This document shows, in pieces, positions 10,088 to 18,947 of a DNA stretch of 64,000 bases. Origin of the DNA: an uncultured Desulfosarcina sp. (GTDB lineage Bacteria > Desulfobacterota > Desulfobacteria > Desulfobacterales > Desulfosarcinaceae); the NCBI GenBank assembly GCA_963674945.2, contig CAXXWQ010000003.1, forward strand, positions 1,056,001 through 1,120,000, written 5' to 3'. The notes under the pieces were generated by a model. It did no database searches and had not been told where the DNA came from. It worked only from the letters and a program-made list of their open reading frames with translations. The stretch's first letter is position 1, and the number at the start of each line of letters is the position of its first letter. The position numbers were made by a program, and so were the translations under genes.

Positions 10088-10306
10088 TTACTCGCCGGGG
10101 ACATACGGTACATCCGTTCCCCACCACCCCTCATCGATGGATTGCTTCATGGTCTCCTCCGAAGGATTCCTGTAGCCCCACCAGCTGTATTTCATGTGGT
10201 CCCAGTTTTTGTACATCTTATCGTGTTTCGCAAACTCGGACACCGTTCCGGAACTGCAGCTTGCTACCAAAAGCGCCACGCCCAGAAGAAAAAACAGTTT
10301 TTTCAT
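10088..10306 (-). CDS. Small lipoprotein, hypothetical
   Basis: MKKLFFLLGVALLVAS-C lipobox; AAGGAG RBS. Confidence 0.75.
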   Translation of the reverse strand: MKKLFFLLGVALLVASCSSGTVSEFAKHDKMYKNWDHMKYSWWGYRNPSEETMKQSIDEGWWGTDVPYVPGE

Positions 10307-10630
10307 GACCTTCTCCTTTCTCAGTTGACCATTTTTCTGCCGTACCATCCTATTTTGTACTTTGATAATGCGATTGTAAGCCGGGGGTGAAGAGCTTCGC
10401 TTACATGGAAAAAATTATTCATTTGCCGGTCAATGTCAAGCCTGCCATTTTCTCGACAATAGGCCATGGTCTCGACGGCGAACGGCATACCATCTCTTTT
10501 TAAACCATCCATAATACATCGACAATATTATTCTTTTCCCAACGCCAAAAAAAGGCTCAATATTTGCTGATTTTCGGCGATAGCCATAGGTAGGGTGGAA
10601 AAAACAAAGAGGACGAACGCAAAGGTACCA

Positions 10631-11302
10631 ATGAAGATTGATTTTCAAAGAGTACGATTATTTCGAACCATAATTTGTATGCTGCTCATGGGTCTCTTAT
10701 TTGCTGCTTGCTCCCATGCCCCCAATCGCACGCATCCTCAATTTTCCACCTATCACCAATCCATGACGGAACTTTTGGTACTGGTGCCCGAAATTGATAT
10801 CTTCGAAAAGATGCCCGATGGCAGTTGCCTGCTACATGATGTGGAAAGCAAAAAAAGCCGGCGGCAGGCACAGGACGCCATTTCAGGACAACTGGTGGCG
10901 CGCCGCTTTGCCGTTGAAAAGGCGAACGACGGTTTGATGCAGACATCGGAAGTAAAGGACGTTACCTCACTTTTCAAATCGGTAAACCGCGCCATTCAAC
11001 TGCACGTTTTCGGTCCGCAACCCTTCCCCGTAAAGGTACAACATTTCCAATACGATCTGGGACCGGTGGACAAACTCCTTCGCACCCATGGTGCCGATGG
11101 GTTGGTAATCGCCCTGGGTTATCAAACCGGTGAACGTCAGCCGACCCAAAGCTGGTTGAGTATCGCCCTCGTCGAACCCCAAGGACGAATCATCTGGTAC
11201 GGTGTCTTCGGCGACCACGAGAAATACGACCTTGGAAACCCCATGGGAACTGCACAAATCGTGGCACGGGCCATGGAAGGTCTTCCCGGGGGAGGATCAT
11301 GA
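10631..11302 (+). CDS. Lipoprotein, hypothetical
   Basis: Hydrophobic signal ending LFAA-C; stop overlaps the next start (ATGA); start codon uncertain (10595 or 10631). Confidence 0.7.
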   Translation: MKIDFQRVRLFRTIICMLLMGLLFAACSHAPNRTHPQFSTYHQSMTELLVLVPEIDIFEKMPDGSCLLHDVESKKSRRQAQDAISGQLVARRFAVEKANDGLMQTSEVKDVTSLFKSVNRAIQLHVFGPQPFPVKVQHFQYDLGPVDKLLRTHGADGLVIALGYQTGERQPTQSWLSIALVEPQGRIIWYGVFGDHEKYDLGNPMGTAQIVARAMEGLPGGGS

Positions 11303-12411
11303 CGAAGCACAAAAGATTCATTGTGCCGGTGATCCTGCTCTTGGCGTGGGCGGCACCGTCATGGGCGCTGGACAGAACGGTGATGAACGATTTGTCGCCA
11401 CGAATGCGGCGTCTGGCTGAACAGGAACAGGCCATACTCGAACAGCAAAATCTTTTTTTCGACGATGCGACGGTGAATGATTTTCTGGTGCAAGTGGCCG
11501 GTCGCCTGTGGAAACAGTTGGAAACCGATTTGAAATCACCCACGGTGAAGATCGTCATGGATCCTTTGCCAAACGCCCAAGCATACCCCAACGGATTATG
11601 CCTGATGACCACCGGTATGCTCAGCCATCTGGAAAGCGAAGAGCAATTGGCCATGATCCTTTCCCATGAAATGATTCACTATGCGCGTCAACACACACCG
11701 TTGCTTTATGAAAAGCTAAAAACCGGCACTCGCGATTTGGATCCAACAGATCCCCGCTTCCATCCAAGATCCACAGACAATTTCGCGGCGGCAACAATCG
11801 ATGCATTGGAAAAACAAGCCGATCGCGAGGGTTTGGCCCTTTTTGAGGAAGCCGGATATTGCCTGTCCATCTTGTTGGAACAAGTGTCCAATCTCGAAGA
11901 TCAATCACACGGCAATGGCTCATCCGAGGTATTGAAAGATTTGAGAGCCCGTATACGAAAGATGAGGCCCCATGGCGGTGTAAAAGACAAAGAAAAATGT
12001 CAGAAACCCATGGGGGGATCGAATCAGGGAATCTTTCTTGCCCGTATTGCCCCCGTCTTGTTGGCCAACGCGCAAGTAGCCCTGGCACGCGGCGAATACC
12101 AGCAGGCGGATCGAAGCGTCTCCATGTATCTCGCGCTGGTGCCCGATGATGCCCGCGCCAATTTTATCAAAGGGGAAATTCTGAATCGTGCAAACGCAGT
12201 CAAGAAAGAAGACTCCGGTCTGTCGTTTTATGAAAAAGCCCTTACCCTCGATCCCAATTTTCCATTGGCCCATCGGGCCCTGGGCGTGCTTCATTTCAGG
12301 GCCGGCCGCTACAAAAGAGCAATTCCCTACTTCGAGTCCTTCTTGGCCCTGGCACCCGATGACCCTTCGCACCTTTTTATCCAAGGATATCTACGAGAAT
12401 GTCAAAAATAA
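11299..12411 (+). CDS. M48 family metallopeptidase with C-terminal TPR repeats (BepA-like)
   Basis: Signal peptide, PNAQAYPNG, LSHEMIH (HExxH), LEKQADREG, TPR repeats. Confidence 0.85.
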   Translation: MTKHKRFIVPVILLLAWAAPSWALDRTVMNDLSPRMRRLAEQEQAILEQQNLFFDDATVNDFLVQVAGRLWKQLETDLKSPTVKIVMDPLPNAQAYPNGLCLMTTGMLSHLESEEQLAMILSHEMIHYARQHTPLLYEKLKTGTRDLDPTDPRFHPRSTDNFAAATIDALEKQADREGLALFEEAGYCLSILLEQVSNLEDQSHGNGSSEVLKDLRARIRKMRPHGGVKDKEKCQKPMGGSNQGIFLARIAPVLLANAQVALARGEYQQADRSVSMYLALVPDDARANFIKGEILNRANAVKKEDSGLSFYEKALTLDPNFPLAHRALGVLHFRAGRYKRAIPYFESFLALAPDDPSHLFIQGYLRECQK

Positions 12412-12962
12412 TAGACCACGCCGCCAAGATGGCCATGTTGGTAACAACTGCATTGATACTGTCTGCCTGCGCCGGCCCCTGGGAGTCGGTTCCCGACACA
12501 CTGAGTACACCCCGATGGTCCATCTCACCACCCAAAGGGTGGATGCACCTTTCCATGCCGGGATCCCAGATGCTGTCCAAGGATGGTCCATACCTGGCGT
12601 ATATCTTCATCCAGGCAAGACCCCTTGCCCGGGGTTTCCGGTATACCAAACAAAAATTACGATCCGACATGCTTCCCCACGAAGCGGCCCAATTGATCGC
12701 GGACAATATCCGTTTTGATCCTGCCATCCGTCAATTTCAGTTACTGGACAGCTGCCCGGCAACGGTCGGTGGCCGAGAGGGGTTTCGTCTGGCGTACTGC
12801 TACCGGGATTCCAATGATGTTACGATAAAGACCATCTACTACGGGACCATATTCCAGGGCCATCTGATCAATCTTCGGTACACCGCAACACAGCGTCACT
12901 ATTTCGATAAAGAGATCCGCGCCTTTGCCGACGTGTTCGAAAGTCTTACTCTGATCGGATAA
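12399..12962 (+). CDS. Lipoprotein, possible PsbP/DcrB-like fold
   Basis: LILSA-C lipobox; SISPPKGW, ATVGGREGFRL and FADVFESLTL pattern. Confidence 0.65.
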   Translation: MSKIIDHAAKMAMLVTTALILSACAGPWESVPDTLSTPRWSISPPKGWMHLSMPGSQMLSKDGPYLAYIFIQARPLARGFRYTKQKLRSDMLPHEAAQLIADNIRFDPAIRQFQLLDSCPATVGGREGFRLAYCYRDSNDVTIKTIYYGTIFQGHLINLRYTATQRHYFDKEIRAFADVFESLTLIG

Positions 12963-12991
12963 AAAAATGCGCTCACCGGGCGATAGGTCGA

Positions 12992-13429
12992 TCAGCTCTT
13001 AACGATCTCCGGCTTTGCGTTTTTCATCTTTTCTTTGATTTCGTTGATGTACGGCATCACGTAGTGCTGTTTCCAGGAAGGCGCCGTTTCAGAAATCAAG
13101 TTCAACGATTCCATTGCCTTGTGATATTCTTTCTTTCGAAAGTAGGCTTGGGAGAGATACCAGAGCGCATGCATCTCCTTTGGATATTTCGTTAATTTCT
13201 TTTTGCACGCCGCGATTACGCCGTCCAGATCGTCTTTGTCGAGCAACTCGACGGCCTTTTCTTTGAATGTATTAACGACCCGGTCTTCATCGACGGCCCT
13301 CTTTAAAAGACGCACCAAAATGGCGATGCCGATTAGACCAACGGAAAAAATAATGAGGATGAAAACAAACAGCCATTTGATCTGTGTCGTTTGGGTTAAA
13401 AGATCTGTTAATAACAATGCACCATTCAT
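12992..13429 (-). CDS. Membrane-anchored TPR protein
   Basis: N-terminal TM helix; TPR-like ALWYLSQAYFRKKEYHKAMESL. Confidence 0.7.
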   Translation of the reverse strand: MNGALLLTDLLTQTTQIKWLFVFILIIFSVGLIGIAILVRLLKRAVDEDRVVNTFKEKAVELLDKDDLDGVIAACKKKLTKYPKEMHALWYLSQAYFRKKEYHKAMESLNLISETAPSWKQHYVMPYINEIKEKMKNAKPEIVKS

Positions 13430-13709
13430 TGGAACTCTCTCTCTTTTATGTAACGAAGAACAGATGGTCCTGCCTACAGACCAACCATCTTATATTTTCG
13501 GTATTTTCATCAAAATCTGAAAAACAAATTCCATATCTTTCGATTCAAACCGTAGCGTTTCGATCATCGGCTTTATCCTGGAGTGTGATCCGTCTCACAT
13601 TTTTCGTCGAACGCTTCGTGTATGATCTGTTGCCAATAACGGTTCCATTTTCCTTTGATCAGGTAGCGATTATTTCAACAACCCGTTCCATAGGAAACCG
13701 TGAAACGCC

Positions 13710-14819
13710 ATGAAGTGCAACCTGATGCTGACCCAACGGTGTAATCTGAGATGCGGCCACTGCAATATCGACAAGGGATCGAGAACCATGTCCCTTTCCA
13801 TTGCAAAAAAGGCGATTGATTTCATTTTCAACCGTGCGCGCAAGGATGAAATCATCGATGTGGGTTTTTTCGGCGGAGAACCCCTGCTGGCCTTTGATCG
13901 AATGAAAGAGATCACCAGATACATCCAGGATCATGGTGATTTCCATCCGGATCGCTTACGGCTCTCCATCATCACCAACGGGACCCTGTTTTCCGACGCC
14001 ATCGCCAGGTTCGCAGGCGACTGCAATATCCGATTTGTCATCAACTGTGATGGGCCACCTGAAATCCAAGACATTTTTCGACGCCCCCTCACCGGCACAA
14101 ACGGATCGTCCGTGCTGGTTTCCCAGACAATAAAGCATGCCCTTGAAGCCTTGGATCGGGTAATGGTCAATACCGTTTTTCACCCGGCCACATTCCTCAT
14201 GCTGCCCCGGATCGTGGAATATCTCTCCGGTATGGGCGTACGGCACATCTGCCTCAACCCGGACTATTCCGCCCAATGGATGTCGCCCCACCTCAATCAG
14301 CTGCCCACCATATATCGGCAGATTGCCTATGAATACGTTCGTTTCAGAAAAATCGGCACACCCCACTTTATCAGCCTTATCGATGACAAAATCATCGTGA
14401 TCCTTCAAAACGGCTACTCGTCCGAACAAAGGTGTCAGATGGGAAAGACCGCGCTCGCATTTTCGCCCGACGGGGGAATCTATCCATGTGAACGGCTCTT
14501 GGGGAAGGCAGGCAAATGTCACCGAATCGGCCATCTGGAATCGCGTATCGAATGGGACAGGATCACTTGTCGCCCCATGCCCACGTCTCCTGTAAATGCA
14601 TCCTGTGAGACATGCGGCGTCAGTGACTATTGCAAAAACTGGTGCGGGTGCACCAATTTTTTCGCGTCAGGATTCTACAACCGGATCAATTCCTTCGTCT
14701 GCGCATCCGAAAAAGCGGCCATCCGCGCTGCATTCTTTGCCTTACAGGAGTTGGGAGACAAGATCTTCGAAAAAAATTGGAACCGCGCTGACGGTCATTT
14801 TCGTAATGGGGATGATTGA
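13710..14819 (+). CDS. Radical SAM/SPASM domain protein (peptide/protein maturase-like)
   Basis: CNLRCGHC, FFGGEPLL, ITNGT, DGP; SPASM cysteines CQMG...YPCERL...CETC...CKNWCGC...C. Confidence 0.88.
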   Translation: MKCNLMLTQRCNLRCGHCNIDKGSRTMSLSIAKKAIDFIFNRARKDEIIDVGFFGGEPLLAFDRMKEITRYIQDHGDFHPDRLRLSIITNGTLFSDAIARFAGDCNIRFVINCDGPPEIQDIFRRPLTGTNGSSVLVSQTIKHALEALDRVMVNTVFHPATFLMLPRIVEYLSGMGVRHICLNPDYSAQWMSPHLNQLPTIYRQIAYEYVRFRKIGTPHFISLIDDKIIVILQNGYSSEQRCQMGKTALAFSPDGGIYPCERLLGKAGKCHRIGHLESRIEWDRITCRPMPTSPVNASCETCGVSDYCKNWCGCTNFFASGFYNRINSFVCASEKAAIRAAFFALQELGDKIFEKNWNRADGHFRNGDD

Positions 14820-14925
14820 AAATCGTCGATTATCGACCCGCAAGCTCGTGTCGATATTCATCGAGCAAAATTTTCATTACATCCTTCTCATTCTGTTTTC
14901 GCAATAAATACAGACAAATAAGATG

Positions 14926-14952
14926 TTGACACGTTAGTTGTTATGATATATT
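14926..14952 (+). promoter_or_regulatory. Candidate sigma70 promoter for the downstream regulator
   Basis: TTGACA at 14926-14931 and extended -10-like TGATATATT at 14944-14952; spacing is short. Confidence 0.35.
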
Positions 14953-15214
14953 GATTTTAAACAGATCACTTTCAAGTTCTAAATCGTAACTTCTTGTCTA
15001 CTCTCCTGTAAGTGTTGCGTTCTGTTGCTCTTTTCTTAACACCTCAACTTGTTTTCTCTTTGATTGTAATTTCCGGAAAAAGTTATCGACACGGGCCATT
15101 TCGAGTCTCCTTTTAAATTTCATTGCGCATTTCGATGATGCCACACCCGTCGTGATCGGCATTGGCTTCAACGGCAAAAACTGTTTGCATATACGCTATC
15201 ATCGGAGTGACAGA

Positions 15215-18200
15215 ATGAAGACAAGATCCCCAACAATCGCTAAAGTAACCCGTCCTATTCCCACAGGGGTGTATCCCAGAAAACGCCTGTTTGATTTGTT
15301 GGACCGTAAGCAAACCTATCCGGTCATTTGGATTTTGGGACCGCCCGGATGTGGCAAGACCACGCTGGTGACCAGCTACCTGGAAACAAAAGAATCGCCT
15401 TGCCTGTGGTATCAGGCAGATGAGGGCGAAGCTGACCCGGCAACCTTTTTTTACTACCTGGGACTCGCTGTCAAAAAAGCCACGCCCCGGAAACGAAAAC
15501 CGCTGCCTCTTTTGACACCGGAATACCTGCCTGGCCTGCCGACTTTTACCCTGCGTTTTTTTGAAAACATCTTCTACCGTTTACAGGCTCCCTCTTTCAT
15601 TGTTTTTGACAATTACCAGGAAGTGCCATTGGCGTCACCTTTTCACGAAGTAATTCGTCACGGGCTTTCCAATATCCCAAACGGAATTCATGTAATTTTG
15701 ATCAGCAGAAGCGGGCCTCCCCCGGTTTTAATTCACATGCAGGCCAATAACCGGATGGAAATGATCGGGTGGCAGGATCTTCGTTTGACCCTGAAAGAGT
15801 CGAATGACATCGTCAAACTTCGGGCACGGCATGAGGTTTCGACGGAAACGATAAAGCATTTACACACCATCACCGATGGATGGGTGGCTGGCCTGATGCT
15901 AACGATAAAGACCGCAGCGTTGGAAAAGATTGACCCGCATGCGTTCGATACGATTTCAGCAGAACGAGTTTTTGACTACTTTACCGGTGAGATTTTTGAC
16001 AAGGTTGATGAAAAAATCCAGAATTTTTTGCTCAAGACCGCACTTTTCCCCAAAATGACGGCAAGCATGGCAAGACAATTAACGGGTTTTGAATCTGCAC
16101 ATCGTATCCTTTCTCAATTGAATCGCAATAACTACTTCACTGAAAGACGCTTTCGCAGCAGCCCTGCTTTTGAGTATCATCCTTTGTTTCGAGCGTTTCT
16201 CTTATCCCGTGCGGAAGAAACATTTTCCACAGAATTTCTTTCGGACTTGCGCCGGCGTGCAGCCATGCTTCTTGAAGAAGATGATCAGACAGAGGCTGCC
16301 ATAGATCTTATGCGTGATTCCGGTGACTGGGAAAAAATGATCTCATTGATCCTAAAACACGCACCGGAAATGCTGGCCCAGGGCAGAAATCTTTCTCTGC
16401 AGCAATGGCTGTCCAATATACCAAAAGATATTATCGAGACTACTCCCTGGATTCTTTATTGGATGGGATCCTGCAACCTTCCATTTGATCCTTCAAAAAG
16501 CCGACGCTTTTTCGAAAAGGCTTTTACACTATTCAAAAAGCAAAAGGATGCAGCCGGAACGTTTCTGTCCTGGTCGGGGGCTGTCGATTCAATATATTTC
16601 TCTTGGGAATTTAAGCAGTTTGATAAATGGTTTCATGTGCTCGAAGAGGTTATGCAAACCTTTGAGAAGTTTCCTACCAGGGAGATAGAGGGACGCGTGG
16701 CAACAAATATGGTGCAGGCATTGTACTTTAGGCAACCACAACACCCTGAAATGGAGTCCTGGACGAAACGAGCGCTTTCATTGGGACGGGACAACAAGGA
16801 CGTAGAAGACCAAGTACGAACCTTACTTCATGCTGCACTTGATGCGGTGTTCAAAGGGGGGATCCCAAAAGCAATACCTTTTTTAGAGTCTCTACATGAG
16901 TTGACAAAGTCCTCGAATGTCTCGCATTTGGATCAAATAGCGGCAAGACTGGTAGAAGCGGACTGCTATTTGTTTAATAGTTCATTCAAAAAGGGCATAA
17001 AGGCCGTATCTGAAGGCTTGCAATTATCCCAGTCAACCGGCGTCCATATTATGGATTCTATGTTGTTGGGAAATTTAACTGAATTTGCCCTGGAAATGGG
17101 TGATCTGAAGGCCGCCGGCAATGAAATTGAAAAGATGTTTTCTCTTTTAGGCGATGCTGCACCATTTCTGAAGTCCTTCTACCATTTCATAAAAAGCAGA
17201 TTAGCCTTATTTCAAAACAATCTTGCCCAGGCCGCGCATCATGCCAGGTTGGCTTCTGACCTTGCCGGAAAGATCGGACTTGGCGTTAACACGGGATTAT
17301 GCTGGCTAAGGGAAGCGATGATTCTGTACCAGTCCGGAAAGTATCAGCAAGGTACCCGGCTTCAAAAAAAGGCGTTGGCGATTGCACGCCGTTCAAAAAG
17401 CAGAGTGATTGAAAGCAAAGCTTTGTTGACGGCGGCCTATTTTGCCCTGGACCGGAGAGATAAAACATCTGGTTTGAAGTTGCTTCGCAAGGCACTGGCT
17501 ATGGCCAAAGAACTGCAATATTATTTCAGCCCCGATGATGACGCGGCAGTGACGGCGAGAATCTGCGCCATCGCCCTGGAAAATGGAATCGAGGTGGACC
17601 ATGTGCAAAAAATCATCCGGAAAAGAAACCTTGTCCTGGACGATCCCCCCCTTCATCTGGATAACTGGCCCTGGGCCATACAGATATATACCTTGGGTCG
17701 GTTCGATATGGTTATCGATGAAAAACCTTTTACATTCCTCAGAAAAACGCAGAAGAAACCCCTTGAAATGCTCAAGCTGATCGTTTCCTTTGGAGAAGGA
17801 CAAGAGGTTGGCAAATCACAACTGAGCGATATCCTCTGGCCGGATGCGGATGGAGATAAGGCACAGCGATCTTTTGACACCACACTTCACCGTCTTCGCC
17901 AACTTTTGGGTCATGAAAAAGCGATTCATCTCCGAGACGGCAGATTATCCATCGACCAGCGTTACTGCTGGGTGGACAGCATGGCTTTTGAACACATTCT
18001 GAAACAGGCTGAAAATTGTGCTGGAAAAGAAGACAGAAAGAACACTATCCAATTACTCGAGAACGCCGTTTCATTATACAAAGGCCCGTTCCTTGCCGGA
18101 GAAACGGATGAGTCATGGACCATTTCCCATAACGAGCGTTTGCGGAGCAAATTCTTACGCTGCATCGAAAAGCTTGGAAATTACATGGAAGAAAAAGGTG

Positions 18201-18415
18201 ATTTGAACAGGGCGGTCGATTGTTTCCGGAGAGCAATCGAGGTAGACCATATGGCCGAGATGTTTTACCGGCGTCTGATGATCTGCTTGAAACAACTTGG
18301 ACGCAAAACCGATGCGCTGTCTGTATATCAACGCTGTGAAAGGACACTTTCATCCAGTCTTGAACTCGAACCTTCCCAGGAGACCAAAGCAATAAAACAG
18401 TCTCTGTACGAATAG
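15215..18415 (+). CDS. Large ATP-dependent transcriptional regulator (MalT-like STAND NTPase + TPR + winged helix + BTAD)
   Basis: Walker A GPPGCGKTT, IVFDNYQ Walker B, ITDGWVAGL, YHPLFR; C-terminal IYTLGRF...LWPD...LHRLRQLL...WVD...LYKGPFL BTAD module. Confidence 0.88.
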   Translation: MKTRSPTIAKVTRPIPTGVYPRKRLFDLLDRKQTYPVIWILGPPGCGKTTLVTSYLETKESPCLWYQADEGEADPATFFYYLGLAVKKATPRKRKPLPLLTPEYLPGLPTFTLRFFENIFYRLQAPSFIVFDNYQEVPLASPFHEVIRHGLSNIPNGIHVILISRSGPPPVLIHMQANNRMEMIGWQDLRLTLKESNDIVKLRARHEVSTETIKHLHTITDGWVAGLMLTIKTAALEKIDPHAFDTISAERVFDYFTGEIFDKVDEKIQNFLLKTALFPKMTASMARQLTGFESAHRILSQLNRNNYFTERRFRSSPAFEYHPLFRAFLLSRAEETFSTEFLSDLRRRAAMLLEEDDQTEAAIDLMRDSGDWEKMISLILKHAPEMLAQGRNLSLQQWLSNIPKDIIETTPWILYWMGSCNLPFDPSKSRRFFEKAFTLFKKQKDAAGTFLSWSGAVDSIYFSWEFKQFDKWFHVLEEVMQTFEKFPTREIEGRVATNMVQALYFRQPQHPEMESWTKRALSLGRDNKDVEDQVRTLLHAALDAVFKGGIPKAIPFLESLHELTKSSNVSHLDQIAARLVEADCYLFNSSFKKGIKAVSEGLQLSQSTGVHIMDSMLLGNLTEFALEMGDLKAAGNEIEKMFSLLGDAAPFLKSFYHFIKSRLALFQNNLAQAAHHARLASDLAGKIGLGVNTGLCWLREAMILYQSGKYQQGTRLQKKALAIARRSKSRVIESKALLTAAYFALDRRDKTSGLKLLRKALAMAKELQYYFSPDDDAAVTARICAIALENGIEVDHVQKIIRKRNLVLDDPPLHLDNWPWAIQIYTLGRFDMVIDEKPFTFLRKTQKKPLEMLKLIVSFGEGQEVGKSQLSDILWPDADGDKAQRSFDTTLHRLRQLLGHEKAIHLRDGRLSIDQRYCWVDSMAFEHILKQAENCAGKEDRKNTIQLLENAVSLYKGPFLAGETDESWTISHNERLRSKFLRCIEKLGNYMEEKGDLNRAVDCFRRAIEVDHMAEMFYRRLMICLKQLGRKTDALSVYQRCERTLSSSLELEPSQETKAIKQSLYE

Positions 18416-18526
18416 CAAATTGTAAGAAAATCCAAATGTATTGAGTTTGTCTGCAAGCTCACACGTGGGACCGCGTGGAAGGTCATTTTCGTGAAGGGGA
18501 TGATTGAAAATCGGCGTGGATAACGC

Positions 18527-18579
18527 TTGACAAATACCAATCGTTTCTTATCCTACATCTAATACCACTATGTGGTATT
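18527..18579 (+). promoter_or_regulatory. Candidate promoter and palindromic operator upstream of the lipoprotein/LLTP-like pair
   Basis: TTGACA(18527)-N16-TATCCT; perfect inverted repeat AATACCAC-TAT-GTGGTATT at 18561-18579; related half-sites AATACCAA (18533) and TTGGTATT (18637). Confidence 0.5.
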
Positions 18580-18947
18580 CCTTTTCGTAAATTATTGACC
18601 CTTTTTTGTTCATAGCACATTTTTGCACGTGAGAAATTGGTATTCATTGTAAGTTCAGATTTCGTATACAGAGCACGTTCCCGTCTGGTTATGCAACCAA
18701 CCCATCACCCTGCGTATTATCGATAACAATATAGACACCGTGTTCTTTGGTAACCATTGATCGATTCAACCATTTGTATTTGCGATCATTCCTTTTCTCA
18801 GGACTGAGCCGAACGTACAACGTGCACCAATGCAGCCTGTTTTTTTGCTATTCGTTGGCGTTCAGCAAATGTCTTGCCGTTGTCTGATTGTATCGTATGT
18901 TCTTCCCCACCCTATCCAATAGGCCCTTAAAATGGAAGGAGAATGAA

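Noticed and set aside
13430..13709. RiPP precursor for the SPASM enzyme
   Set aside because: Short ORFs here lack an RBS and any Cys-rich or leader/core pattern
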